The notes beneath the pieces are model-generated. The model searched no databases and was not told the DNA's origin. It saw nothing but the letters and a program-made list of their open reading frames with translations. Both the position numbers and the translations under genes were made by a program. A DNA stretch of 50,805 nucleotides, the filler included, from Streblomastix strix (Eukaryota), in the NCBI GenBank assembly GCA_008636045.1. It is 3 parts of 3 records of this genome, joined end to end, with 100 filler letters (N's around TTAATTAATTAA, not from the genome) between each part and the next. Parts side by side here need not be neighbours in the genome. Positions count along the whole stretch, not along the records: positions 16,979 to 33,847 come from SNRW01000758.1; positions 33,948 to 50,805 come from SNRW01000759.1; 1 more part is not named here. One strand, given 5' to 3'. Below are positions 28,838-41,436 of the stretch, in pieces. How positions within the stretch are numbered: position 1 is the first letter of the stretch; each line of letters opens with the position of its first letter.

Positions 28838-31800
28838 TCAAATAGAATCGTTTTAAGTAGATTTTGAAGTAGTTGTATCGTTATTTGACTGCTATTAATT
28901 GACAGTTGTAGATTCTTAGATTGGAGGAGTTTATATTGTTGATGTATTTCCAACAGTTATTGATTAGACTAAATTCTTGTGGTCGGTAGGAATATCCAAT
29001 GATTCGTGCAATCTTCTTCTTCTTTATTAATTGGATGGCTAATCTTGTTATATAATTAACTGTTATTAGTTTACGAGTGATTCTGAAGATTACTGCAGGA
29101 CGAATGATCGTAATGGTGTCAATTGTGTGTCATTTTAGTGCTTTCTTTTGTGTCTATCTTTTATATTGAATTAATTCAATTATATATTCTCTTATTCATT
29201 TCTAATCTAATTTTCTCCAGCAATAATATCACGATTAGATAAACGTTAATTATCATTATTGACATTATTATTGGATATTTTTGCATCAATTCGTATTCCT
29301 GTTTAATCATTGTATGAGTTTCCAATTAAATTCGCAGATATTGGAGGAGGTGGAGGTAAAGGAAGTAAAAAAGATGGAAGATTAGATGAAGTGCTGGATT
29401 AATAAGATGACCGCTTATTGTTAATTGAATTAATTGAAGAATTAATTGATGAATTAATTGATGAATTATTGTGAAGTGAATCTGATTCGTACGAAGAAGA
29501 TGAAAAGGATTAAAGAGATGTTATTGTTTATTATTATTATTAGTTTTATTGATGGTGTTTATGTTAATGAGGATGTGAATGGTGTGAAGATGTATGTCGA
29601 TGTGATGAGTGATTATCATTATCATTATTATTCAAATTAGAGCCTGGAACAGCAGATTATACAGGTGATTCTATTTATGAAGGCTGGATTAAGTTTTATG
29701 TTGATTTGTATTATTAATCGACTTGAAGTGAAGGTTAAATTGAATCTATTGAATTTGATTAAAGTGGAATACTGAAATGTAATTTATTTGTTTGGTTTGT
29801 ATCATCATTTGAATCTTATTCGATTTTATGTTTTTTATGAACAGTTTTCTTATAATATCTTTTATTTTACTAATTAATTTGATCATTATTCTATTCATCC
29901 ATTTTTTATTTTAATTTTCCAATTATTTCATCTTCTTCATCTTATTTCTTTCTTTTAGCCTCGTTTCTTTCATTCTATGCCAATAACAGCTACAGATCAT
30001 GTCTATTTTGCATTCTTCCTTACTCTTCTCGATGCTGTTACTACAATCGATATTCTTCATCTCTATGTCTAAGTTCTTATTCAAGCGATAATTAAGCTAT
30101 TTATTAGTCAGATGGTTATTATTAGGGTTGATTAATAGGAAAAAGTTATTATTAAGGTTAATTAATAGGAAAAGGTTATTATTTAGTATATTACTAATAT
30201 TACCGTTATTATGATAATGGAGATGGAAATTGTTATTGTTAATTGAATTTGTGCTATTAAATATTCGGAAGATACATTGTATGAGGTTGTGATAATGAGT
30301 GAGGAAATGATTACTGTTAATTTGGTTAATTTAATTAGTTTTGAATTTGAGAATGAGGAATATTGATTCTGTTCTGTTATTTTGGTGAAGGGGGAGGAAA
30401 AGAAGGTAATTCAACAATATTAGACTATTATTATATTGGATTTTATAGAGCTAATTAATAAGATTACTGTTGTAAAGGTATTATTTATTATTATTTTAAT
30501 TGTTACTGTGAAGTAATTTGTTATTGTTAAGGTATATGCGATTGTTAAAGTTATTGTTACAGTTAAGCTATTATTTATTATTAAGGTATTTGCGATTGTG
30601 ATGGTATTATTTATTATAAAGGTATTTGCGACTATTAAGGTAATTGTAATTATTAAGTAATTTGTTATTATTATTATGATGATGATGTTTACTAAAGTGA
30701 TTGTTGCGGATAAATAAATTCATGAATAGAAGAGAAAGAAGATGTTTCTTCAGAAATTGTTGATGAACTTTAAGATTTTGGTTAAGATTTATTGGTTTGC
30801 TGATATTATGGAATAATTTATTATTGAGATGTTAACGGCGAAGTTAATGGGAAATTTTATTATTATAATTATGAAGAAGGTATTTGTAATTAATTAGGAA
30901 ATAGCTGTGAAATTACAGGTTAATTTTATATAGAAGAAAATGAAGGAATATATTATGGAGATTGCTATTATGTTGTTTATGTCTATTTGGCCATAGTTAA
31001 TTATTATTAGGATGGATATTGTTGAGTAAAAGATTATTGCGAAATTTAAGGTGAAGTTAATGATGTTTATGTTTACTATGTAAGTTAAGGATGCTTTTAT
31101 GGATTCAAAGGTTATTATGGATTAATTAATTATTGAGATGTTTATAACTATTGATTTTCTTATTGCAAAGGTGAAGTTTATGTAAAATTAGCAACAAGTG
31201 CAGTATTAGATGGTATTTATTATTGCAAATGCTGCTGATTTGAATAAATAGGAATTGCTTCAGTAACAGAGAATTACTAAGGAAGTTAATTGCTAACTGA
31301 AGTGAAACTCGATGCTTAAGGTAACTGATATATTTCATTGGGTTAGAAATGTGTTGGAATTGAATATGAGTATTGATCTTATAATAATGATTATTGTTGT
31401 TATTAAAATTATAATTAATCTTGTAAAATTTAGTTTCTCTATTTATTATTCATATTATTATTTGATGAATCAGCATATTCATCTTATGAAGTGAAAATTG
31501 CTTTTTATTTTGGATTAATTTTATTTATATCTTATTTTTAACTTATATCTTAATCATCAGAATTAAATTAATATCCATTTTCTATATTTCTTCTTTTTTT
31601 CTTCTTCTTCTTTTGCAGTTATTCATCTTCAAATCTCTTTTTATTTAAATCATATTATTTCTTCCTATTATCATCTTCCTAATTATGCTTCTTTTTATGA
31701 TTGTCTGAAACTTTTTCTTACTCATTCTAATTCAAACCAAAAATATCTTTGATTTCTTTTATCTATCGTTTAATAGAATCTATTTCTCCTAATTGTTCAT

Positions 31801-33469
31801 TTTCACTATAAGGTCTTCTATCCTATATTCTTTTATCACCTTTTTATTTTCTTCTTTCTTTATCATTGCGTTATTAATGATGGTGGTACCTTCTAAAATC
31901 ATCATTAAATGATTTTTCCTTTGGATCTTTTGTACCATGGTGTGATTTCCTATAATGGTGGTATGATGGCCAATTAGAATAATATATTGATTCTTCTGAT
32001 GAATATGATGGATGTCGATGATGATTATGCGCTGTTAATGAATGTGCTTTATTTGATTTATGGTTTTTTTCTTAACTCTAAGTTTTTTTTCTATTTCTTG
32101 ATTTTTTCTTCTATTTTTCACTTCTATCTAATGATTCTGAGTAATGTTTTTTAATTCTTATTCGTCTTCCTTATTTATCTTTATTGTCTTAATGTTGTTA
32201 CTTTCTTTCATAATTCTATTTATTTTTCTTTTATTACCTTTCTTCAATTTATTCTTATCCTTCTTTCTATTCAATTTAGGGATTTTATTCATCTTTTCTT
32301 TTTACTTATTCATTGTTTTCACTTTATTCTTATTTCTGCTCTTGAGGAACAATTATTCCTTCTGCATTGGCAAAGTTGTTCAGTAAATTGTTACTGTTTC
32401 GGGTATTATTCCTGCTTCTATCATTGCTATTGCTGCTTCTAGTATTATTACTGCTACTTCAAGTTTTATCATTAATACTTCTTTCTTTATCTTTGATATT
32501 TCTTGTATTATTAATAATGTCTCTAACATTATTTATGCTGTCTTTTGTAATACCGATGTTGTTTCTAGAATTATTATTACTGTTTCTAGCATTAAATGAT
32601 TGATCATATTAATTTTAACATGTGATATTTAATCCAGATGTTGGTGAATGAGATTATTAAATTACTCTTGTAAGCTAATGAATTGAAGATGGAGTATCAA
32701 ATGAATTTCTCAGATTATTAAATGATGGAGATGTTTTCCTTTTCTTCTTCTTTGCCAAATTGTGCTTTATAAATCAATTTAATGTTTTATCTTATTTGGA
32801 TTATTGCTATTCTTCTTCAGTAGTATAATTTAACATAACTTATCCTCGTGGTTTCACACTAGGCCATACAACTGGGTTTACTGATCCTAAGAATGGTGCA
32901 TGGTGTGGATCTGAGCTTTCACTCTTGCCCGCAGGGAGCCATGGTCTCAAATTATCTTTTGTTCGCCAAAGTGTAACAAATGATGGAGATAAACATCGAA
33001 GCGCTTTCATAGATTTCACTACTTTGCCAGGTGAAGCACTGCTGCTTTTAGGTTTGGGATTGGAATCACCGATAATGGCTAGATGTTCTCTATTCAAGTC
33101 ATTATTCAAATTAATTGGAGATGCAGAACGTTGCCTAAGGACATTTTCTCTCAACTTTTCAAGTTCTTCTTCACGCTTCTGGTGGATTTAACTAAGAAGC
33201 TCTTATCTTTCTTCGAGATTGGATTAATTTTATTATATTGCACTTCTTGATGACGATGAATATTTCGAAAGTAACTTTTCTACTTCTGCCTTGTCGAAAA
33301 AAAAGTTGTATCCAGACGTTGATTTTGTTTGCTAAACTGTTGGAGAGTCAATCTCCTTTTGTATTTACTTATCTAAATTTTAAGAATAACCTTGTACAGA
33401 ATTTCCAAATTAGTTATTTTTAAACAGATTGCTAAACAAAGACCCTGTCAAAATTGAATTTTATGTCAT
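28838..33469 (-). CDS. Large low-complexity Q/P/S/H-rich hypothetical protein (~1500 aa); two in-frame TGA that may lie in introns
   Basis: ATG 33469 (MTQNSILTG..) and TGA 28838 are in one frame, 1544 codons with TAR=Gln, including supplied ORF 32840-33154. In-frame TGA seen at 32774-32776 and 32459-32461. Confidence 0.65.
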
Positions 33470-33847
33470 TTAATTAATTGTAAGATATCTATAAATTGAA
33501 ATATAAAATTTATAATAATAATGTTGCAAGCACACATTTTATCAGATATATTAATAAATTATATTGTAAAAGAAAAGCTGTAACTAATAAAAATGTTAAA
33601 ATTATTTAAATTATTTGTTAATTGTATTATAGAATAAATTACATGTAGTGATTGATGATAAAACATAACGAATTGAAAGAAATAAATAAAATTAAATCAA
33701 ATAGGAAGAAAACCACCAATAGATCTTTAAGCGAATTGAGATCTAATATTTTCCCTAGTTTTTCATTTACTTCTACGTTAAGCTGTAGTCAATTTCATTC
33801 TCAAAACCCTTTAAAATTAAATTCTTTCATTCAAATCATGATTGATT

Positions 33848-33947
33848 NNNNNNNNNNNNNNNNNNNNNNNNNNNNNNNNNNNNNNNNNNNNTTAATTAAT
33901 TAANNNNNNNNNNNNNNNNNNNNNNNNNNNNNNNNNNNNNNNNNNNN
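33848..33947. other. Artificial contig linker / assembly gap
   Basis: N44-TTAATTAATTAA-N44. Confidence 0.97.
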
Positions 33948-34550
33948 TGGTGCAAAAATATTTTTCTTTGTAAATTCCTGTGCATTTCATTATATGTATC
34001 GCTATGTTAGTTTGCTTTAGAACTTCGTCATAATTCTCTTCTCATAATTTTGATTGATTTGATAAAAATTAAATTTATTTACTTATTATTAATAATAATA
34101 TTAAAATATATATAAATAAAAAAAATATTTAAAATTTGTTTAAAAATTTGTAGAGAAATACTCTGTATTTTATCAAAATATATAATTTAAAATAATTATA
34201 ATATTTATTATCAGTTCTTAATTTAATTACATAAATTTTTTTTTTGAATTAAACATATAATGGTAATAAAATAATATATTAAATAATGTTAGATCAGATC
34301 TGTGAATCAATAATGTGAAACAAAACAAAGTGAAGGATTGTACGTATAGCACTCTGCTTGTTTCGATAACTACATATGAATACAAATGGTATGTATAAAT
34401 AGTTTAACATTTATATAAACTTAAAATTTATAGATGAAACTATTAATTATTTGAACAGTTTTAATTTAAATTTTATGAATTATTACTGGAAAACGTTAAT
34501 AAATCAATGTAGTTGGCACGAATAATTGAAGTGGGTAGTGGATGAATTTT

Positions 34551-34590
34551 GAGTGTTCCGAGTGTTCCGAGTGTTCCGAGTGTTCCGAGT
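34551..34590. repeat. 9-bp tandem repeat (GAGTGTTCC) x4.4
   Basis: Perfect GC-rich tandem copies just downstream of helicase 1. Confidence 0.95.
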
Positions 34591-34659
34591 CAAACGAGTT
34601 CTCTTGAAAATGCCAGTCAATGGAACAGCTAGTCGAGAGATGAAAAAATAATCAATGAT

Positions 34660-36286
34660 TCAAACGTTTAAACTATCATTTGCTTCTTCATTTATATCTT
34701 AATCTTCATCTCAAAATCTATCAAACAATTTTATCAAATCATCATTCAATTTATATATCCATGTTCGTTTTCCTAATGTTTATTTCCTAATTCTTTGACA
34801 ATATTTTTTTTATTTACAATTAGAATTGTTTTTCTTTAATATCATATGGCTTGAATTATAATACAATAGTGCAAGGTACACCTTCCTTAAACACATGATA
34901 ATTTTATAAAATTTCATCATCAAGCTATGAGCATGAAGCTCTAATTATATCATTTTTCGTCTATGTGACTAGAATAATTCTTTAGTTCCAGCTTTCAATA
35001 TTTCTGTTCATAAAATAAGTAAATTAATTATTGTAAAAATCAGTTGTGAAGCCATTAGATAAAGAAGTGAAATATTCATTATCATCTCTATGTACTGTTT
35101 TACATCTGCTTGCAACATTACGCCTATAATTAGCTTCAATTTTGATAGGGAAATCGTTGTTGGTTACCATTATTAAATTCGTAACACTTTCTAACGTTCT
35201 ATAAGGTTAATTTTTTCATTAATTCTTAATTAATTATTTGTTAAAATTGACTTCAAAACATCCATGTTCGAATATCTTGCTTCTCCAAAATTTTTGAGTT
35301 CATTGGCTATTTCATGCATTATATTTTCAACGATAAAATTAAATTTACCTGTAAATTGACTAATATCTGTTAAATTTTTAATTAAATAACCAGCTAATAA
35401 TTCGAATAAAACATCTGCGAGTCTGTTCTTGCCTATGCCTTAACTGCATTATAATATCTATGTCACCTCTGATTTAACACCTGGATTTTATGTAACAAAT
35501 GCAATCTAATTAAAGACACGATTATATAAATTTTCATCTTCTGCTGCTATTGTTCCATATATTAAATTTAGATAATCATTAATTAGGTCTTCATTAACAG
35601 AGGATAATTATTAAAGTTTATAGCTTTAAAATTTTGTGAAAATTTTCAGATCATCACTTACAATTCTAATACCTTTCAAAGCAAATAGAGAGTTATATTG
35701 TTCAAATACATATTTTAATATTATTGTCTTTTATCTTTCATCACAAATTTTTACTATTTGAAATTAATAATAAGCTGCAGTTTTAGTCAAATATTCAAAT
35801 TTATTTTTTTTATTTGTTGCATCATATTATTTGATAATAAATACTAAGCCACCATGACTAGGTGAATATCTTAGAATTCGAGTTAAATCTTAAGCGATTA
35901 AATCATATTTTTACATTTTATATTCACAATTAAATATTTTTTCCTAAATATTTATCAATGAATCAAAAATTATCTCTTTATTCAATTTCTAATATATTAA
36001 TTTTTTTTCATTTAATTTGATTATAAATATTGCTTTATAACGTCGATATAACACTATGGATTATGATATTTAGTAATCTTTTGCAGAACTTATGGATTCG
36101 TTTTGAATTAAATCTTGACCTTTTGAGCTCCAAATTCTGAACTGAACTATCAATTAATTTACATGATGCCTTAATTTTGTTATATGCTTCATCAACAAAT
36201 GCAAATCCATTTAGTCTAGTAAATATACTTAATAAAATTAGATATAATTTATTAAATTTAAATATACTAGATGAATAGATTGACAT
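34660..36286 (-). pseudogene. D5-like SF3 helicase (DUF5906-type), copy 1
   Basis: IAFVTQNPGVKSEVTQILQCSQGIGKNRLAD (Walker A, ~35422-35443), FTGKFNFIVEN..IANE (Walker B), LKSILT..N, NLIMVTNNDFPIKIEANYRR (motif C / Arg finger). Confidence 0.85.
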
Positions 36287-37799
36287 TCTAATTTATTTTT
36301 AAAAATAAGGATAATGGATTTATTCATTATTGATAAGATTGATAGTCGCATTTATATATTTATATTAAAAAAATTATTAAAATAGTTTACTTAAATTTTT
36401 ATAAATAGTTTTCATCAAAAAAGTTATTGTTTCAAAATAAGTAAAAAACTCATTGTTATAAAGTATTTATAAACGTATTTAATAAAATCATAAGTAAATT
36501 CAAAAAAAATGAAGTAACTTCGAATAATTAATTTGTGAGATCCATTATCATTTAAACTATTAGAAAAGAATTGCAATACTTTTCGCAAAATTTATGATTT
36601 TGGCAGTTAGATTTGAATTTATTAAGATATTTTTTATCAATATTTGCACTAAATTTTTAAACGCATATCTATTTTAATTAAATGGTATAATTTGTATAGA
36701 ATATTCAATATTTACTAATTTAAAACCAATATGTTCCAAATATTAGATCAAATGATGAAACAAAATTCCGATCGATGTAAATAAAGAATAAAGAATATGA
36801 TCACCCATTTGACTATCTATCGCATATTTAACTCTAATATCTCCATTATTGAATATCTAAATATTTGATTGTATAGATATTTACATTATTATTTAAAAAA
36901 GAATGAAAAATAGACAATTTTTCTATGTAGTTATATTAAAAATTAAAAAAAATTTTTTTGAAATTTAAATATAATTTTAAAATATTTACTTTATTTCAAT
37001 TTAAAATTCAATTTATTATTATGAATTTTTGATTTTGTGTTAAATATAATTATTTTTATAATTATTATATGATACTAAAGACTGGCAAGGATTATCAAAC
37101 TTCGATTTATCTAATTTTGAAAAAATCATTAATTTATAAGAATTATATATATTAAACTAGGTAGAAACTAAATTTTTGCGATTTGTAATTTCATTTTTCA
37201 AAATCACATATTTTTGATATGTTTCAGAAGTAACAATATTTATACTTTGAAAGATTGCCAATAGATTATAAAAATAAATCGTTTACTAATATTTTTCAAA
37301 AAATCTTCTCGTTAAGTTTTTCAATTAATACCTTCTTGAATGAAATATACTGATTCTTGTCAATGATGGACGTTAAATACTTTATTTTGATAATTTTATT
37401 TATTTGAATTTATTCTTCGCATTTATATTTAGTATGCTTTTTGTATCAATATTTATGTATTTGTTATAGAAATATAAAATTAAATTTGTTTATAATCCAT
37501 TTAGGTTTGATTTATGTAACGGAAATTTCTTAACCGTTTGTTTGTTTAATGTGTGAGTAATAAATTTAATATTTTTTTTACTAATTCTCTACTTTGTGAT
37601 ATGAAGTAAATATAGCGTTTGATGTTTTGAAATAGTCGATGATTGAGATTATTTTTGTAGGATTTATAGAGTGAATCAAATGGTTCAGGCTTGCTTTGAG
37701 TGTGGAGGAAATCCGTTATACCAATTGACATAAAGAATTGAATTATTTTTTGAAGGATTATGTTTAAAAACTATTTTATTTATTTTTATCACAAGTATA

Positions 37800-38298
37800 T
37801 GTAATCAAAAATAACACTCGAATAATGCTAACAAATACTATACAATTAATTTAAAGAGATTAATGAACTCACATAACTGAAAAACGATCTAATAAAACAG
37901 AAAAAAGAATTCTCCTAAAATGCTAAGTAAAATATAATCACTAGATTAGTAAGATTAGCTTATGAATTTGTTGATCCTATGGGTTGAGAAAATGATGAAG
38001 ATACAAGATTAGAATTAATGGAACAATTTGATAATATGATGGTGAAATATAGATGTAAATTAGAAGAAAAATGAAGAAAACTATTAGTAAAGAATTATTT
38101 GAATATTATATACATGATTTATTATTGTTTATTGATAATTAACCGATAGTTACAACAATTAATGAAATAATTAAAGAAGAGTTCACTAGCTGAGACGGAA
38201 AGAAAATAAAAGGAATGAAGTACACATTTCCATACGACGATTTGGATGAAACAATAAAACGAATTAAGGAGATTGTAATTGAAATATAAAATGTATGA
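37800..38298 (+). pseudogene. Degenerate element ORF of unknown function
   Basis: Coding-like segments YEFVDPMG*ENDEDTRLELMEQFDNM and IKGMKYTFPYDDLDETIKRIKEIVIEIQNV* with frameshifts. Confidence 0.35.
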
Positions 38299-38325
38299 GC
38301 TATAATTTAATTTTATTTAATTGAA

Positions 38326-38730
38326 ATGTAACCTATTCTATTCGATAGTATGTTAATTAAGTACAATAATTTAAAAAAATAATTGTAAGCACTACTTGAG
38401 CTATTAATTTTAAATGAAACTGATGTACAACCATTAACGTTTGATTCGACTGATGAATTCCATTAATGCTATGCAGCAAATAAAGAATATATTGATAAGA
38501 TACAAACTATAAGAATAAATTAACTATATAAAATAGATGGATATATCTTCACAAGATTGAATGAACAAATAGCATTGAAATAAGCAAAACATAAGTCATC
38601 TGAACAAATTGAACTGGCTAATCTATAAGAATAAATCAAAGAAATTAATGATAAATTAATTTATATATTCAGCATTTTTGAATAAAAATAATAATAAACA
38701 TCCTACGAAGATGATGAATACGTTCATTGA
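38326..38730 (+). CDS. Small element protein of unknown function (~134 aa)
   Basis: Open with TAR=Gln: MQPILFDSM..LTFDSTDEFHQCYAANKEYIDKIQTIRINQLYKIDGYIFTRLN..DDEYVH-TGA. From memory it resembles a small protein of protist Mavericks; not verified. Confidence 0.5.
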
Positions 38731-38772
38731 ATCCTTCAATATTAGATAAATATCCTATATCCTAAATCTGTA

Positions 38773-39127
38773 CAGGTGTGCAGGGTTAGTCCCCCTAAAA
38801 TTGCCAAAATGATAGTTGGTCGATAAGTCGCTCGGATAATTTTGGAAGCAAGCGGATAAAATATATTTTGACTAAATTCACTCATCAACTAGGCACAGTA
38901 AATCACGCATTAATCATATATTAATCATACATTAATCACATATTAATAGTTCATCAGTCATACTATTTTTAACAATATTCTTTATCTCTATAACCCTGCA
39001 CAAAATGTCCAAAAAATAGAGAAAAATTAAAGATGTTTTATAACAGATGCTCCGCTAAATATTTTAATAGCGACAGACTGGGCAATTTCATTTTGGTAAT
39101 TTTAAGGGTTCTATCACTCCACGCCTG
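38773..39127. mobile_element. ~355-bp inverted-repeat element (MITE-like) with an internal 11-bp tandem repeat
   Basis: Left TGTACAGGTGTGCAGGGTTAGTCCCCCTAAAATTGCCAAAATGA versus reverse complement of right TGTGCAGGCGTGGAGTGATAGAACCCTTAAAATTACCAAAATGA: 35/44 identical. Four ~TTAATCA(C/T)A(C/T)A units at ~38899-38947. Confidence 0.65.
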
Positions 39128-39149
39128 CACAGTTTCCCAAGTTATTGTG

Positions 39150-39965
39150 ATTCAATCTAATTATGAAGGTTTGAACGATTCATCAAAAATAATTCATATT
39201 ACTCGTACAACTGTTCCATCATTATTGTACTACACCAATAGTGCTTATCGATTACCTAACTACACATACTCATTCCATAATGTCTCTTTGTCTAACGTAA
39301 GACTCAATTAATAGAAAAATAAATCGAATTTTGTCTATTGAATTTTCTGAAAAAGTATATTGTATCTAAATTAGATTTAATGCTAGCATCCAAACCAATT
39401 ATATCTTGCAAACATAAGAAAAAAGTGATTCTTGGCTATTTATTTTGAATAATTTCTTGAATCATGGATAATTTTTATTCTTTAAGATGCTCATTGCATC
39501 ATCGAACGCAATTGTATGTGGAAATTTGATAGAAAAATCCTTAGCTCCAATGTGAGATAATATATCTTTTTTAGATTCGTCTTTCATTTATTTCTTTAAT
39601 TTATATTCAATAACATCGTCATATGCCCTCTTACATTCAATGAGTTTATCTAATACTTCATTAATTTCTTCATATGATACATTTTTTGTAGGTATTTTTT
39701 TTAAATTTTTTATTTCTTTATAAGTTATGTCATTATTACTATCAGTAACATATATGAACAGTGTGTAACATTTATTAAAAAAATTGGTTTAATTTGATTA
39801 GCATTTTGAATATGTTATATGACTTATCGCATCCTCGCTATCCTAAAAAAGGATTAATAGAATAATATGAGAAATTTAGTTAATCATGAATGACTGACTA
39901 CACTTCATGTATATTTGTTTTTTATTTACTAAGTAATTGATCTATGAATACTGTTAAGGATATTT
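39150..39965 (-). pseudogene. A32/FtsK-HerA-like DNA packaging ATPase of Maverick type
   Basis: VQSVIHDQLNFSYYSINPFLGQRGCDKSYNIFK (decayed Walker A, 39820-39843); LFIYVTDSND; PHTIAFDDAMSIL (Walker B, 39495-39518); after a frameshift QPRITFFLCLQDIIGLDASIKSNLDTIYFF. Confidence 0.8.
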
Positions 39966-40039
39966 GTTTGTTATTAATTATTTTATTCACTTATGAATAT
40001 TTTCTTATTACAAAAATAAGTCTTCAGGAAAAGATTGTA

Positions 40040-41396
40040 TAATTGAATAAAGAGATTAATGATATAAAACAATAAGCTATTGACAATGAGGAATTTACTA
40101 ATGATTTGGTCAATAGTGAAAGAGAGATAATAGAATAGCATAAATATAAAGGTCACAAATCTGCTTAGGAGTAATTTGATATGTTAAATGTAATTGTTAG
40201 AGGTTTTAGAACATTAATGAAATACTGTGACAAAGTTGCATATTCTGAATAATAATATGAATAACAAACTACTCAAAATCTACCCTTTGCTCCAAATCCT
40301 CTATAAACTTATATTACAAGTTAATCTCCAATAATTACTTTAAACCCGCAAGCATAATTACGCAAATCTGAATATACTAATAGATCAGTAATTGAATAAG
40401 CGGTTTAATAACTAACATAAAAATTAGAACAATAAACAATAGAATAAACTCAAATACCAATTTTTATCTAAAAACCAAAACATGGTTTAAGCATAGCAAT
40501 CAAGATTTCAAAGTTGATAAGCAGGATAGGGATAACGTCTAACAGCAAAATTATAGGTAACTGTCGCAAAATGAAAGCTGATGAGGCTAGAAAACGTGAA
40601 ATTCTAGAGTAAACGTTCAATCATACATAGATTGAAGCATTAAAAGAAATATTAGATGTAAAAAAATTTAAACACAGAGATATTAAATACAGTAAAGAAT
40701 TGAGAATATTACCTTCTGCATAAGCTTATATCGGTACTAGGAAAAGTATGTTAGAATGGAATGTTAGAAACGTAGATCCGGATGGATCAAAAAGACCATT
40801 ACATAATTTCGCAACTGTTTATATGGATTATGAAAAGCTTTATTCTATAGGTGGATTTATTCCAAAACCTGAAAGTAAATATGATAGGTTCCAAGATATG
40901 TGTACCCCTAACGTACCAAAAGGCTAACGTAAAAAAAGAAAATTCTTTGATTACATATAAAGCCAATAAGTTCATCATGATAAGAATAAGACAGACAATT
41001 TTTGACGCTAAAATCCACATCAACACTTCATGTCAGCATACGTTCCAACCATGGCAGATGAATTTAGTCGTGCAAAACGAGTTGATTTATGGAAACTGAA
41101 AGAAGCTTACATGTATGTTGCTGCAGCAGCAAGGGATGTTGTATTAGGAGGATTATTAGCAAGGATAGATAATAAAAAAGATTGGAATACTGTTAGTAAA
41201 GATAATATTAAACAAGCAACAAGCGTGAATAAAAATGAACTTGCAATTCAATATTTCGGAATGATTGATGAAAATAAAGTTGAATTTGCCAGACATATTG
41301 GAAGCTTCTATAATCAAGTAGATCAAGCTGCATATTGTGAAAAATAATTATAAGTTCTTGCATTAGGACATGACGGACAAATATAATAAGATTGAG
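40040..41396 (+). pseudogene. Element ORF(s) of unknown function upstream of polB
   Basis: Mostly open with TAR=Gln (one frameshift near 40250, one TGA near 41003); includes supplied ORF 41030-41347. No recognisable motif. Confidence 0.5.
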
Positions 41397-41436
41397 ATTG
41401 AGTAAGCATACGATAATTTATTTTTGATTTATCAAA

